A DNA stretch of 64,000 nucleotides. It comes from Mobula hypostoma. Its lineage: Eukaryota. Where the stretch lies: the NCBI RefSeq assembly GCF_963921235.1, contig NC_086097.1:159280001-159344000 (forward strand), in the 5' to 3' direction. Shown piece by piece: positions 23,701 through 36,814 of the stretch; position 1 is the first letter of the stretch, and every line of letters begins with the position of its first letter. The notes beneath the pieces are model-generated. The model saw only the letters and a program-made list of their open reading frames with translations, was not told where the DNA came from and did no database searches. The position numbers and the translations under genes are program-made.

Positions 23701-23838
23701 TTGGGTGTGTCTCTCATTGATTCTATTGTGTTTCTTGGATTTACTGCATATGCTGACAAGAAAGTAAATCTCAGGGTTGTATATGGTGACATAAATATGT
23801 GCTATGATAATAAATTTTCTTTGAAAATTGAACTTTGA
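20701..23838 (+). mobile_element. Rex1/Babar-type LINE, long decayed copy (APE endonuclease + RT + 3' UTR)
   Basis: KLPLPSILLAHV...LCFIETW; EYLMIKC...LPREF..VILTAVYI; VLKTCADQLA; WILDFLT; QGCVL...FAGDT; tail AATCTCAGGGTTGTATATGG...AATAAATT...GAACTTTGAA. Confidence 0.9.
21718..22400 (+). mobile_element. 683-bp non-autonomous retroelement (LINE-tailed, non-coding)
   Basis: Starts GGGGAGGAGAAGATGGCGG; CpG-rich body; ends AATAAA, GAGGAC/GTCCTC stem-loop and (AATCT)n; ATA on both sides; host RT sequence resumes exactly after it. Confidence 0.8.
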
Positions 23839-25111
23839 AATCAATTATTCTTTTTAGGTGAAATGAAAGAATTTATGTTAAACCAGAATCCTTTCACAGG
23901 AATAGAACATTCCACAGTGCTTAGCAACAAGGAAAGGTAGAAAAGACGGCAGCTAACATAACAGCAACAAATGTTTCCAGTATAAATGCAACATAGGAAT
24001 TGGCACAACATTTCAATAAATACCCCTTAATTTAAGTAGCCCCAGAGAATCACGCCAATGATTCTGTTCAGGAGGTCAGGCAGTTATTTCTTGGAATGGA
24101 TCCCATTTTTATAACATCATGTAAACTTCCATCTTCCCCTACCCATCTGTGTGAATCACAGTTTAAACTGGACTTTGTTTCTATTTTATCTGATTTCTGC
24201 AACAGTCTAACTAAGGCTTCCTACTGTATCTGTTACTAAGTCTGTAATATTCTAACTTTTCTTTAGGTTGACATTAATATTTGGTGTGTCCGTTACAACA
24301 GCAGATAATGGAATAAGGGACATAAAATAGTAATTGACTGATGTACTCTTTTCCTTTTTACCATTTGGCTGACAGCTTCCAGTTGTTCACACATAAATTT
24401 CCCACTGTCTTTATTTATGTCTTGTAAACTGTCAGCCTACTCTCTATAGGGTTTCTGTAGGCCTGCTCATCCTGCAACTGTGACAAACAGCACTTGACAG
24501 AGTCTTGGAGAGACAAATTTAACTTCAAAACTTGTCAGTTATCATTGCTATAGGCTATATCAACCCAAGCCAGCTTTAAACATCAGCAGCAGAATACATT
24601 TAACATTTGAGACAAATTTGTTTGGGGGCAATGAACAAGCTGCCTTTCAAAATCACTGGAATTACTCTGCAGTACATTGTTTGGTTCTGCTATTAAATTA
24701 GTTAATGTGAAATGCGTAAATTAGCTTTATGAAACAGTACCTCATCTGTCTAGTTGCATGCAACCTAAGAGCTTAAAATTTAATTCTGTACTTCTTAATT
24801 CTAGAGCACAATCTGCAAGGAAACAATTTTTGACAAATAAAGTTACATATTGACTAAAATAATTGTAAGGTTGTAATATGAATAATCTTATTTGAAGAAT
24901 CCAGATTATCTGTGCTGCACTCACCAACAATTCTTTAGTTTAGCCTCCACTCTCCATGCCGATTATGATTTGCAAATTCCTTTACATCGGTTCTTATTTT
25001 GACTTTTATCAGTGTATTCAATTTAGTAGTGCAAAATATTTACAAAATTAATTGCAAATATTTGGTTGGCTTGCAAAGCTAAGTTTTTCCACTGTATCTT
25101 GGTGCATGTAC

Positions 25112-27087
25112 GTACATCCCATAGAGGAAGTATTCTAAAGGAAAGATGATACAACTGTAGCTAACAAGAGAAGTCAAAGAGGGCATATAATAGAGCAAAA
25201 ATTAGTGGGAGGTTAGAAGATTAGGAAACTTTTAAAAACCAACAGAAGGCAACAAAAAGTCATTAAGAAGATAAAGATGGAAAACAAATTAAGCTAGCCA
25301 ATATTATTGAGGAGGTTAGCAAAAGTTTCTTCAGATACATAAAGTGTAAAAGAGAGGCACAAGTGGATATTGGATTGCTGGAAAACAATGCTGGAGTGGT
25401 AGTCATAGGGGACACAAAATAGCAGATGAACTGAATAGGTATCTTGTAACAGTCTTCAGCGTGGTGGAAGGTCTAAGTGACAGGGGGCATGAAGTGTGTG
25501 AAGTTATCATAACGAGAGAGAAGGTTATTGGGAAACTGGAAGGTCCGAGGGTAGATAAGTCACCTGGACCAGAAGGAGTACACCCCAGAGTTCTGAAAGT
25601 AGTGGCTGGTCATGGATCATGGAGGCATTAGTGATGATCTTTCAAGAATCACTAGATTCTGGAATGTTTCTCAAAGACTGGAAAGTTGCACTCCACTCTT
25701 CAAGGAAGGAGAGAGGCAGAAGAAAGGAAACTATAGGCTAGTTAGTCTGACCCCAGTGGTTGGGAAGATGTTGGAGTTAATGATTAACAACAAGGTCTCA
25801 GGATACTTGGAGGCACATGATAAAATAGACCGCAGTCAGCATGGTTTCCTCAAGGGAATATCTTCCCTGACAAATCTGTTGGAATTCTTTGAAAAAAATA
25901 GCAAGCAGGATAGACAAAGAAGAATCGGTTGATGTTGGATTTTTAGAAGGCCTTTGACAAGATGCCACACATGAGGCTGCTGAACAAGTTTTGAGCCCTT
26001 GGTATTACAGGAAAGATTTTAGCATGGATAAAGAAGTGGCTGATTGGCTGGAGGCAAAGAGCAGGAATAAAGAGAGCCTTTTCTGGCTGGTTGCCGGTGA
26101 CTAGTGGTGTTCTTCAGGGGGTCTGTGTTGGAACTATTTTTACGTTATTTGTCAATGATTTGGTTGATGGAATTGATGGCTTTGTTGCAAAGTTTGCAGA
26201 TGATATGAAGGTAAATTGAGGGACAGATGGCTTTGAGGAGGCAGAGAGGCTACAGAAAGACTTAGACAGATTAGGAGAATAGGCAAAGGAATGGCAGAAG
26301 GAATACAATGTCGGGAAGTTCATGGCCATCCATTTTGGTAGAAGAAATGAAATAGTTGACTATTTTCTAAATGGAGAGAAAATACAAAAAATTGAGGTGC
26401 AAAGGGACTTGGAAATCCTTGTGCAGGATTCCCTAACAATTAATTTAGAGGTTGAGTCTGTGATGAGGAAGGCAAAAGCAATGTTACATTAATGTTGAAA
26501 CTTTATAAAGCACTGGTGAGGCCTCATTTGGAGTACTGTGAACAGGTTTGGGCCCCTTATCTTAGAAAGGATGTCCTGAAACTGGAGAGGGTTCAAAGGA
26601 AGTTCACAAAACTGATTCCAGGATTGAACGGCTTGTCACATGAAGAACATTTGATGGCTCTGGGCATGTATTCACTTGAATTCAGAAGAATGAAGGGTGA
26701 CCTAATTGAAACCTATCAGATGGTGCAAAGCCTTGACAGAGTGGATGTGGTGAGGATGTTTCCTTTGGTGGGGGGTGAGTCTAAGATCAGAGGTCACAGC
26801 CTCAGAATAGAGAAGTGTCCTTTTAGAATGGAGTGAGAAGGAATTTTTTCAGTCAGGGAATGGTGAATCTGTAGAATTCTTAGCCACAGACAGCTGTGGA
26901 GGCCAAGTCTGTATGTATATCTAAGGCAGAGATTGATAGATTCCTGATTGGTCAGGGCATGAAGGGATATGGGGAGAAGGCAGCAGATTGGGGCTGAGAG
27001 CTAAATTGGATCAGCCATGATGAAATGGTGGAGCTGATGCAATGGACTAAATGGCCTAATGCTGCTCCTATATCTTATGGTTTTATG
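25112..27087 (+). mobile_element. CR1 LINE ORF2 (tether + RT + 3' UTR), 5'-truncated
   Basis: TPLFKEG...NYRLVSLTPVVGKMLE...SQHGF; FADD motif at about 26193; LYKALVRPHLEYCEQVW; tail TCTTATGGTTTTATG. Confidence 0.94.
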
Positions 27088-27184
27088 TGATGAATAATAA
27101 TCCAAAACCAATGTCAAATATTTGCCATGACACTTGCCAACCCTATGGAAGTCAAGAGCAGCAGACACAATGGAGCACCATCTA

Positions 27185-28061
27185 TAATGGTGCTAGAAAG
27201 TTTGTGAGCCCTGTAGAATTTTCTCTATTTCTGCATAAATATGACCTAAAATGTGATCATATCTTCAAGTAAGTCCTAAAACTAGATAAAGAGAACCCAA
27301 TTAAATGAATAACACACAAAACATTACACTTGAAAACTGATCCAGTATTACATGTTGGAAAAAGGATGTGAACCTCTGGTGTAATGCCTTGTACAAAGCT
27401 ATTTGGAGTCAGGTGTTCCAATCACTGAGATGAGAATGAAGTTGTGGGTTGTACAGGTGCCCTGCCCCATATAAAGAAAAAGACACAGAGAGTCAGGTTA
27501 CTACTGAAGTCTGCTCTTCTCAAGAAAGGTCTGTTTATGTGCACCATGCCTCGATGAAAACAATTTTCAGAGGACCTTAGAAAAAGGACTGTAGAGATGC
27601 ATGAAGCTGGAAAAGGCTACAAAAGTATTTCTAAAGACCTGAGTGTTCATCAGTCCACATTAGGAGAAATTGTCTACAAATGGAGGAAACTCAATACTGT
27701 TGCTACTCTCCCTAGGAGTGAGCATCCTACAAATATCACACCAAGAGCACAACATGCAATGCTGAAGGAGGTGAAAAAGAACCCAAGGGTAATCACAAAA
27801 CACCTGTAGAAATCTCTAGAACTTGCTAAAGTCTCTTTTCACGTGTCCACTATAACCAAAGGTTCGCATACATTTTCCCACAAATACATGTAATCACTTT
27901 TCTCAATAAATAAATGAATAAGTATAATGTTTTTGTGTTATTTAGTTGGAATTTCTTTATCTAGTTTTAGGATTTGCATGAAGATCTGATCACATCTTAG
28001 GTCATATTTATGTAAGAACGGAGAAAATTCTACAGGGTTCACAGACTTCTTAGTACCAGTG
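27185..28061 (+). mobile_element. Tc1-family transposon, internally deleted
   Basis: Long TIRs (TGGTGCTAGAAAGTTTGTGAGCCCTGTAGAATTTTCTC... and its reverse complement at about 27915-28061); transposase N-terminal HTH MPR*KQFSEDLRKRTVEMHEAGKGYKSISKDL...; no DDE domain; TA on the left. Confidence 0.92.
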
Positions 28062-28072
28062 CAACTCCATCC

Positions 28073-28381
28073 TAAATAGGCATCCGTTAGTCTTGTGAGA
28101 CCATGGATTTGCGCCTTGGAAGGTTTCCAGGGTGCAGGCCTGGGCAAGTTTGTATGGAAGACCAGCAGTTGCCCATGCTGCAAGTCTCCCCTCTCCACAC
28201 CAACGATGTTGTACAAGGAAAGGGCATTAGGACCCGTACAGCTTGGCACTGGTGTTGTCGCAGAGCAACGTGTGGTTAAGTGCCTTGCTCAAGGACACAC
28301 ACGCTGCCTCAGCCAAGGCTCGAACTAGCGACCTTCAGGTCACTAGACCGACGCCTTAATCATTTGGCCACGAGCCAACAC
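28073..28381 (-). mobile_element. tRNA-derived SINE with CORE-like segment and TSD
   Basis: Minus strand: A box TGGCCAAATGA, B box AGTTCGAGCC, then GTGTCCTTGAGCAAGGCACTTAACC; AACTCCATCC at 28063-28072 and 28384-28393. Confidence 0.88.
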
Positions 28382-30104
28382 GTAACTCCATCCACTTCTA
28401 CATCATTGCTAGTCTGTCTATAGATTCCCTGCCCAATATCATCATGTGATACCTTTACCAGAAAACATGCAGTTCAAGAATCGAGAAAGTCACAATCTTA
28501 TAAGCCAGTATTCTTAGTAAATAAATATTTGCATTTTTATTTGTGCCCCTATTCTTCAAAGGAATATCTTTCAAGAGAGGAAATATGTTATCTGTGGTAT
28601 ATAAGTGACTTTAAACATGCCTCTGTTGTTGATTCTCAACTATCCTCTGAAATTGTCCAACAAGACACTTGGCAGTTAAAGCTTTTCCATAGAAGGTGGT
28701 GTCTATGTTCTATGCATAAAAAATCATTAACTCTTGAGCCAATATCTAGATTAGATTTTCACATGTATCTTTTTGTGCAGTATAGCATCTTATGTACTTC
28801 TGTAAAATTACCACAGAGACAGCTCTCAACAAGCTGCATTTTTTTATTGCCTATTAAGTTCATCACAGGTTGATTGTATAAAGGTGCTATATAACAACAG
28901 ATGTATCTTGTACACTTTTCTCTGAAATTCAGTCCCACATTGTGCATTGTGCTGCTCAGGAATCTTTCACCACACTTGGCCTGGTATTGTGATTCATTGC
29001 TTACTGGGTTTTCATTGGGATAATTGAACATCCAAAGTGTAACCCAGTGACCAGAAATGGACACAGTACTAAGTGACCTTGACTTAGTATGAAGTGGACA
29101 AGGGCAAATGACAAGATGTGTAAAAAAAAAACTTTCCTGATTTGCACCATAATTAATCTAGGGAAGTCAAAAACACCTAAACTGTAAGTGGACTAAATAA
29201 TCTTGATTGTTAGTTTTACATCCCTTGCAAAGTCACAACTGCAGCAACATGTGCACTAATAGGATCAAAAATAACATTGTGATCTGGGTCCTGTCTCACC
29301 TATGTCTCTGCATTGTTGATTACCTCTTCCATCTTTAGTGAGTCATTAAACCCGTTGGATGTCTCAACTTAAGCTTTGTTTGTTTGCACTTTCAGAAGCA
29401 TTGAGTTGATGGAATGCAGCTTGAGAATACAAAACAGCCTGACAAAAATCAATTCAGCTTTCCAAAACAAAAGATTGCTCTAATAGTCAGAGGAAAGTGA
29501 TAATTGTCTGTAGCAGATAACTTCATCACTCTCCAGTGGTTCTTTTGAGTCAGGAGCAGATATCACCTGTCAATCTAACTGAAGAGGGATTCTAAGTAAC
29601 AAACCTGTACTTGTAAAGAGTAACAGAAAGAAGAGAATTTTTTTATGAAAAAAGTAGAAGATCACTTGTCTCATCAAATCTGCACCAGAGGATAGAAAAA
29701 GTTCTCTAACCTAACTTCACCTTCCAGCCCATGGTCTATAGCACTGCAAGTCACAACTCTTCATAAACACATCCATCTGCATTTTAAAATATAAAGAAAA
29801 TTTCTGCCTCTATCCTCTGAGCCAATCTGTGCTGGTATGGCATATTGGCAAACAATGGTTGACACCATCAGTAAAAGTGGGCTAAATCTAGCGAAGTTAA
29901 TGATGGGTCATACTGTTAAGAAATTTAAACTACTTTCACCCATGTTTTCGGAGTGTCATTGAATATAAGTGAGGCCTTTGCCCCAGCCTCAGTCCCTTAC
30001 TTCAGCACATCTGAATCCACATTGTGCACCCATTTACACTCAGTCTTCATTAATCTCTGTTTTTACATTTTCTCACGAATTTTCATCAACTGTCCCAAAT
30101 TCCA

Positions 30105-30255
30105 TCTCTCACTGAGACAGTAGATGCGATTTACAGTGGCCAATTGACCTACCAACCCACGTGCCTTTGGATGTAAGAAGTAACTGGATCATCTGGAGTA
30201 AATTCCTGCAGTCGATGAGCAAAATCCACATAGACAGCACCAGATGTTGGGATGT
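30105..30255 (-). mobile_element. V-SINE/HE1-like SINE fragment
   Basis: ATTTACAGTGGCCAATTGACCTACCAACCCACGTGCCTTTGGATGT...AACTGGATCATCTGGAGTAAA...CCACATAGACAGCACC; related to 49808-50150. Confidence 0.65.
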
Positions 30256-30291
30256 TCACACATTCAAGTTCCAGACTCCTACTACCGATGA

Positions 30292-30740
30292 GTCAGGTCG
30301 CTTTTACTGTCATTTCAACCATAACTGCTGGTACAGTACACAGTAAAAATGAAACAATATTCCTCCAGGACCATGGTGCTACATGAACAACATAAAACTA
30401 CACCAGACTACCTGAAGCAATACAAAACTGCACTAGACTAGGTGAAACAACACAAAACTACATTAGACTTCAGACCTATACGGGACTACAGAAAGTGCAC
30501 AAAACAGTGCAAGACAGTACAATAATTAATAAACAAGACAATAGGCACAGTGAAGGACAAATTACAATATAATAATAAATGGTGTAAATGTAAATGTGAA
30601 GAATGTTTTAGCAGGAATTGAGAAAGAAATGAGCAAAAATTGCAAAGGGAGTGGAGTGGTGTTCAGTTGAAAGAGCGTGTGTGTAGGTTGGTGTCAGGCT
30701 AGACTCTGGGAATTGAGGAGTCGAATGGCTTGGGGGAAGA
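30292..30740 (-). mobile_element. LINE 3' UTR (Rex1-type) with three tandem ~30-bp repeats at about 30386-30472
   Basis: Terminal motif shared with 1630-1720; repeat unit approximately AACAACAYAAAACTACACTAGACTANNTGA. Confidence 0.65.
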
Positions 30741-31273
30741 TGAGTGAGGGAGTCTCCTTTCCCTCTCCATCTTGTTACCAATCCTTTTGCATCTTCCTCC
30801 TGGACATTTGACATCTCAGCAATGGGGAAACAAATCTTTCTTCCTTGCTCTATTTTAACCCCTTATATTTACAAACTCTTCAACTGAGTCTCCCCAGGTC
30901 TTTCTTTGTTTCATGTCATATCTTCTCCCACAATTTTTATTTTTAATTTTTGGCAACATCCTCATAAAGCTCCTCAACAGCCTACCTAGTGTAATCACAC
31001 CCTTCTGATGACATGGTGACCAAAGGTATTTGAAAAATTCAAGCTGTGGTATAGATTCGTAGAGATCACATTGGTAGTACCTATCAGACCTTCAGAATTT
31101 CATAAAGTACGTAACAACCAAAACACGGTAGTACAGCAGACTATTTGAACACAGCTATATTATAATGATCAGATAACTGGAATTTGTAGTGTTGTTTGAG
31201 AATAAATGTTGGTCAGAAAGCCAGACAAATTCCTCTCCTTTCTCTAAATAAAAGCACAGCATCCTTTATATTC

Positions 31274-34200
31274 AACTGGCGGCCTTAGCTATATTTCACC
31301 CGTTTCAACTGAAATGGGCCCCGCCCTCCCAGGGGCCCCTGACTGACATGCAAAAATTTAATGCACAGCTCCCAGACGCCACAATATTCTCCTGCTATTG
31401 CCAGCCAAACCACCAGTGGGCGCTCACTGACTGACATCTGAGAAAATACATTAAAATATTTACTTCATTTGTAAACATTGCTCCTAGCAAAGAAGGCTAC
31501 TTTTCAATGAGAGGAAAATGAAACGCTTCTATCCTAGTGGTGCTGAAAAACAGAAAGTATTAGACAACAAAACAAAATGTCTAAATAGTCTCCCAAAAAT
31601 TACATCTTTCTTTGGTCCAGTATCTGTAAAAGGCCCGCCGACTGCAGTTGCTGCTGCACCATCGTTACAGCATGGGGCTGCAGTGCCAAGTGACAGTGTA
31701 AGCGGTACAGGAGATGTTGATAACCAGAGCAATGAAAATGAGAAGAACAATTCTACTCAAACAGATGGTGATAATGACCATACTTTGTTTGATGAACAAG
31801 CACCACAGAATGATGACAGTCCTACAACTGAGACAGGTGATGGAGATGCCGCCACCAGCACACCAGACAGAGAGAAAGCCCCACCAACATTCACAGAGAC
31901 CGATCCAGCACGTTGGCCAATGCATATTACCAGTGACCAACGGATCGATGTTGTTAGGAGAGGTCCCGTTCAGTTAGAGGACATTATCTTTCCACAGAGC
32001 CAATCACGCCGTCGTTTTACCAAGGACAGGTATCTTATGTAGATGAAAAATGGAGAAACCATTCGCAGGTCATGGTTAGTGTGCTCAGAATCATCTGATT
32101 CAATCTTCTGTTTCTGCTGTACCCTATTTGGCAAGCGAAATCACAGTCTCACTTGCGGAGGTTTCAGAGTGTGGGAGCGACTCACTCTCACACTCCAGGA
32201 TCATGAGAAGTTAAATGTGCACCGTGCCAACATGGATAGCTGGCGCGAGCTGGAAACGCTCTAAGAACGCAAAGTGCCATTGACAGCACGTACCAAGAAA
32301 TGCAAATGCTGGAAAAAAAACACTGGAATGATGTCATGAAGAGGTTCATTGCCATAGTCTGTCACCTTGCAGAACGAAACCTTGCTTTCCGTGGCCACAA
32401 TTCCACCCTACATGACCCAAATAATGGGAACTTTCTAGGTCTGGTGGAGCTGCTTGCCAAGTTCGACCCAGTGATGAGCAAACATGTCAGACAAGCAGAG
32501 AAAAAAGAGATTGCTGACCTCTACATGGGGAAAACCATACAAAATGAGTTAATTACATTTATTGGAGACAAGACACTGGAAGCGATAAGAGAGAGAGTAA
32601 AACAATCACGTTACTACTCGGTGATAATGGACTGCACCACTGACGCTGCACACATAGAGCAGCTCTCTGTGACACTGCGCATTGTCACATGCCAAGTAAA
32701 TGTCGGAGCTACTGTTAGTGAGTATTTTGTCGGTTTCCTACCAGTGCTCGACACAGGTGCAGGCCTAACCGACGTTTTCTTAACACATATGGAGAAGTTA
32801 GGATTAGATATCTCAAAATGCAGGGGGCAGGCATTTGATAATGGGAGCAATATGCAGGGGAAAATAGTGGGGTGCAGAAGAGGGTGCTAGATATTAACAA
32901 AAAAGCACTGTTCATGCCATGCGCCAGCCACAGCCTAAACTTAGTCATTGTCGATCCTGCAAAATCAACAGTGGAGTCTGTGAGCTTCTTTGGGGTGCTG
33001 CAATGTCTATACACACTATTCAGCTCATCGACACAGAGATGGGAGCTTTTCAAGGAGAACGTGCCACAGATGACCCTCAAGGCCATAATCCAACACGCGA
33101 TGGGAGTGCTGCGTGGAAAGTGTGAAAGTCCTGTGCTACCAGCTTCCCGATGTTGGCAATGCGCTCCTATCACTGACTGAACATGCCACACAGAAAGGTG
33201 ACAGTGAAACCACATCTGCAGCCAGAGGCCTAGAACAGGAGATCATGTCATGGAAATTCCTGCTGACTGTTATCATCTGGTACAACGTTTTACATGAGGT
33301 GAATCGTGCCAGCAAGCTGCTCCGGAGCCCACGTGGGAATCGATGTGTTACAGCGCGAGGTGGAATATGTTCTGAAATTCCTCAAGCAATACAGAGAGAA
33401 CGGCCTTTCATCCACCCAAACAGATGCCAGAGACACAGCTGAAGAGATAGGGATGCCTATAGTCTTTCCAACTGCACGAATCAGAAAAACAAAACGCCAG
33501 TTCCAGTACGAGTTCCAAAGTGCAGATCTTTCCCTGACAGTGGCACCCGAGGAACGGTACAAGAGAGAAGTTTTCCTTCCACTAGTGGACTCTGCCATCA
33601 CAGGCATTAGTGAGCGCTTCAAGCTGATGGAGTCATTTTACAGTCTGTTTGGCTTCATTTATGGAAGAGAGGAAATGAAAAAAGCCACCCAAAGTCGCAC
33701 ACTGAAAGACAGCTGTGTAAACATAGAGAGGACACTTGGTGATGTGGATGCTGAAGACCTTTTGCGCGAGGTGTCGGCTGCTGTCAGTGCCGTGCCTGCA
33801 AAAGAAACCACTGGCCTGCAGATTCTGAGCTACATTTACAGCAACAAGCTGGTTGAACTGTATTCTAACCTCACCATTGCTCTGAGACTCATGCTGACAG
33901 TACCTGTGATTGTAGTGAGTGGAGAGAGAAGTTTTTCAAGGCTAAAGCTCATCAAAACACATCTAAGGACAACCATGCTCCAGGAGCGTCTGTCAGCTCT
34001 TGCTCAGATATCAATTGAGCATGAAATAACAAGATCGCTGGACAAAGATGAGCTCATTAAAGCATTCTCAGCACTCAAGCACAGGAGGGTGGTGAAGTTC
34101 TAGTGGTAAGTCTTTTCACATATTTTTAGCAGAAATAAAGTTTATAATTAAAATAATAAAATAAATCATGTATTTCACTCAAAATGTGTGTAGGCGATTA

Positions 34201-34770
34201 GGCGGCGTTTCCATAAATCGTAATTTCTCTCTCCTGCTTGCATCCTCTCTCTCTCTCACTCTCCTCCTGTTCGCTCTCCAGGCCTTACATGAGCTGTCTG
34301 TGGTGCTGAAAGAGCGCGAGACGCAGTTTGTTGTAAACTTCCAGTAGTTAACTTTCAGACGCTGTTCATTGAATAAATAAAGTGTGAATTTCCATTAAAT
34401 ATGACACTGCTTTTGTTATTAATTTAATTAGAGGGAAATTGTTTAAGCTGTTCTTATGTCAGCTGATACCTAACACATAGTGCCATTCAATGCAGACTAG
34501 TTGCTGAAAGGGGCCAGGTTTCTCATTCCAAAGCAAAAAATGTCATTGTTTCAGTTTTTAATTAAGAGAATTGTTTGGATTATGTTGAGCTGTCTGTCCA
34601 TTATGCTGAAAGTGCATATAATGCATCAATGTTTAAGTCTGAAATTATACCATTATTGATGCAAACCAACTTGAATATTCGCTTTTTTTCCTTTCTTTTT
34701 TTTGGGAAGCCTGGGTAGGGCTCCACGTTAACTCTTGAAATGGGCCCCCAGATGCTTAAGGCCGCCTATG
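31274..34770 (+). mobile_element. hAT DNA transposon, near full length
   Basis: Inverted termini GGCGGCCTTA (31278-31287) and TAAGGCCGCC (34757-34766); subterminal GAAATGGGCCCC at both ends; internal transposase. No TSD seen. Confidence 0.88.
31518..34103 (+). pseudogene. hAT transposase (ZMYM1-like/DUF4371 + hAT dimerisation domain), disrupted
   Basis: Six consecutive ORF pieces: TTF-type Zn finger (RSWLVCS...FCFCCTLF), LAFRGH..NGNFLGL, IMDCTTD, AFDNGSNM, CASHSLNL, TRW, SGERSFSRLKLIKTHLR..MLQERLSALA; one in-frame stop and four frame changes. Confidence 0.92.
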
Positions 34771-36814
34771 CTGTTAGGGAGACTAGAGGTGTTGCTTTTA
34801 TTCAAAAGGCAGCCAGTTTCATCTCTCCCTCAGTTTGATGGCTGTTAGGGGGTGAACACTTTATCCATCTGTGACACCCTTTGCATGAGTTTCTGCAGTG
34901 AGGCTGAACACAACAATTGTAGCTCAGGCGTGCAATTTCTGCTGGGCAGCCAGAGATGAGACTTTTCATATACACAGAACAGGGAGGAAGTGGAAAGTAA
35001 CATAAAAACACTTGACAAAAGTACAATGACTATAATTTGCTGCCTATAACCTTTTTAAAAAATGTTGACATCAGTACACCCATCAGTAATATTAATTATG
35101 CATAAAATCTCAGGGCAATATAAATGTGTGAATTGTAGCTGTGCACAGTGAACAGCTTCAGTAAGAAGACTTTACTTTGCCGAGAGCTGAATCCACCAAA
35201 TTTTGTTACATCCATCTCAGTCCAATATTTCTTCTGACCAGAAATCCAAGGGTAATACTGTATACTGCCAAAACTGGAACTGAAATGACAACCAAAGTTC
35301 TTGGTTAGTACTTGCCAGATCAAACAACATCTGTGGAGAGAGAAACCATGCTAGATTTTCAGGTCTATGACCTTTCATCAAATCCTATTTATTTAAGTTT
35401 GGTTCTGAAAAGAAAATCAAATCCTGGCCTGGGTCAAGAAGTGAAAATAGAATTACTGTCATCCTAAAATGAAAAACAAAATCCAAAAGGTGGAAATTTC
35501 TGGTTCAAATAGTTTGCATTTTAGCATGGGGACTTCTATCAGAACCATGATGTATGATATGATTTTACATCTTATATTTTACATAATCTTGAATTCTTAA
35601 TTAGAAATATTTAATCTTCCAATCTATTTTAAAAACATTCACTGTTATAATTATATCAGTCACAGATAAATCATCTATCCAACAGTATCATTTGGATGTA
35701 GATGTGACTTATTTGCAATGATCAATTTTTCTTGCATATTTTTAAATAGCTCTATGATTCATTGCACTGAAAGTATAAATCCTGACTAAAATAGTCCTTT
35801 CAGGCTCTTATGGGATCACACTAACTATTTTAAGCTGGTGAAGACCGTTAAAACCAAATGAAACATTATTGCAACTTCAGCCGTGGAGCACAAATTTAGC
35901 TAAGATTCAAACCACTAATGAGACAAAGTGTTACTCTGTTCATTTGCTTCCAAACATTTTTCCTTTACATCAGATAGGTTCAATGAGCTGTGTAATATAT
36001 TGAAAAAATGCCTTTTTCTCTTTCTCACTGGTTGTCAAGTGGAAAGTAGTGAAGGACTCTGGAATCCCATACATGGCATTTTTTGTGTCTGACCTTCAGC
36101 TTTTTCTCCCCAAATGTTGGTATCAATTTGTAAGGATAATGTATTTATATACATCGTGGTGCATATGAAGTCAAAAGACATCATGAAAATAGTGGTCCAG
36201 ATAAATTAGGATGAGGAAAATGAGTTGCCGATCTTTAGCTCACCCATTTAGAAAAATTATGGCTCCTTGCCGATCAAACAAATTAGCTTTTAAGTGATTC
36301 CAATTATTTTCCCTCTTGTATTCAACCTGAAAATCTATCTTAAGAATACTAAGCAAGCAGAATGAATATAATCTAAAAACTAACAACATCAGACTGAGAA
36401 ATAAATTTGCTTAGCAAACAAATTAATGGTGAAATCAGAATGAATGATGATTTGTGCAAGTCCTGAGGGGAGAAACTACCAGATGCTTACAGGGATGAAC
36501 AACAGCAAATGCATGATTCCATTGCTAAGGAAGCTGGAGAGGTAGATAGGCTCCTGGTAAAAGTAAAAAAGGTAATTTGAACTACAATAAACAGCAAGAA
36601 GACAGAGAGCAAAGAATCAAAAGCTACATATGGTGTTAGCCGAATTGAATCTGGGTGTAAAGTATAAATTAATGTGTTTTTTCAAAATGAATACTTACAA
36701 ATTTTCAATAGTGAATCCATGAAAAGGTATACTGTTTCTAATTAGGTGACTTTGGTATAAATGAAATAGAACTGCAGTCACAAAATGAAAAAAATATATC
36801 CTCAAGAATAGAGA

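Noticed and set aside
20590..25200. One CR1 split by the Rex1 insertion (19365-20700 plus 25112-27087)
   Set aside because: The two pieces overlap by about 70 nt of homologous sequence and are separated by unique DNA, so they are more likely independent copies.
28310..28381. tRNA gene (also 49808-49885)
   Set aside because: A/B boxes are followed by SINE body and tail, and I cannot fold a complete cloverleaf.
30386..30472. CRISPR-like array
   Set aside because: Contiguous degenerate tandem units without unique spacers, in a vertebrate LINE UTR; no cas genes.
31518..34103. Host ZMYM1-like or domesticated transposase gene
   Set aside because: Intronless, has a stop and frameshifts, and is bounded by TIRs, so it is a transposon copy.
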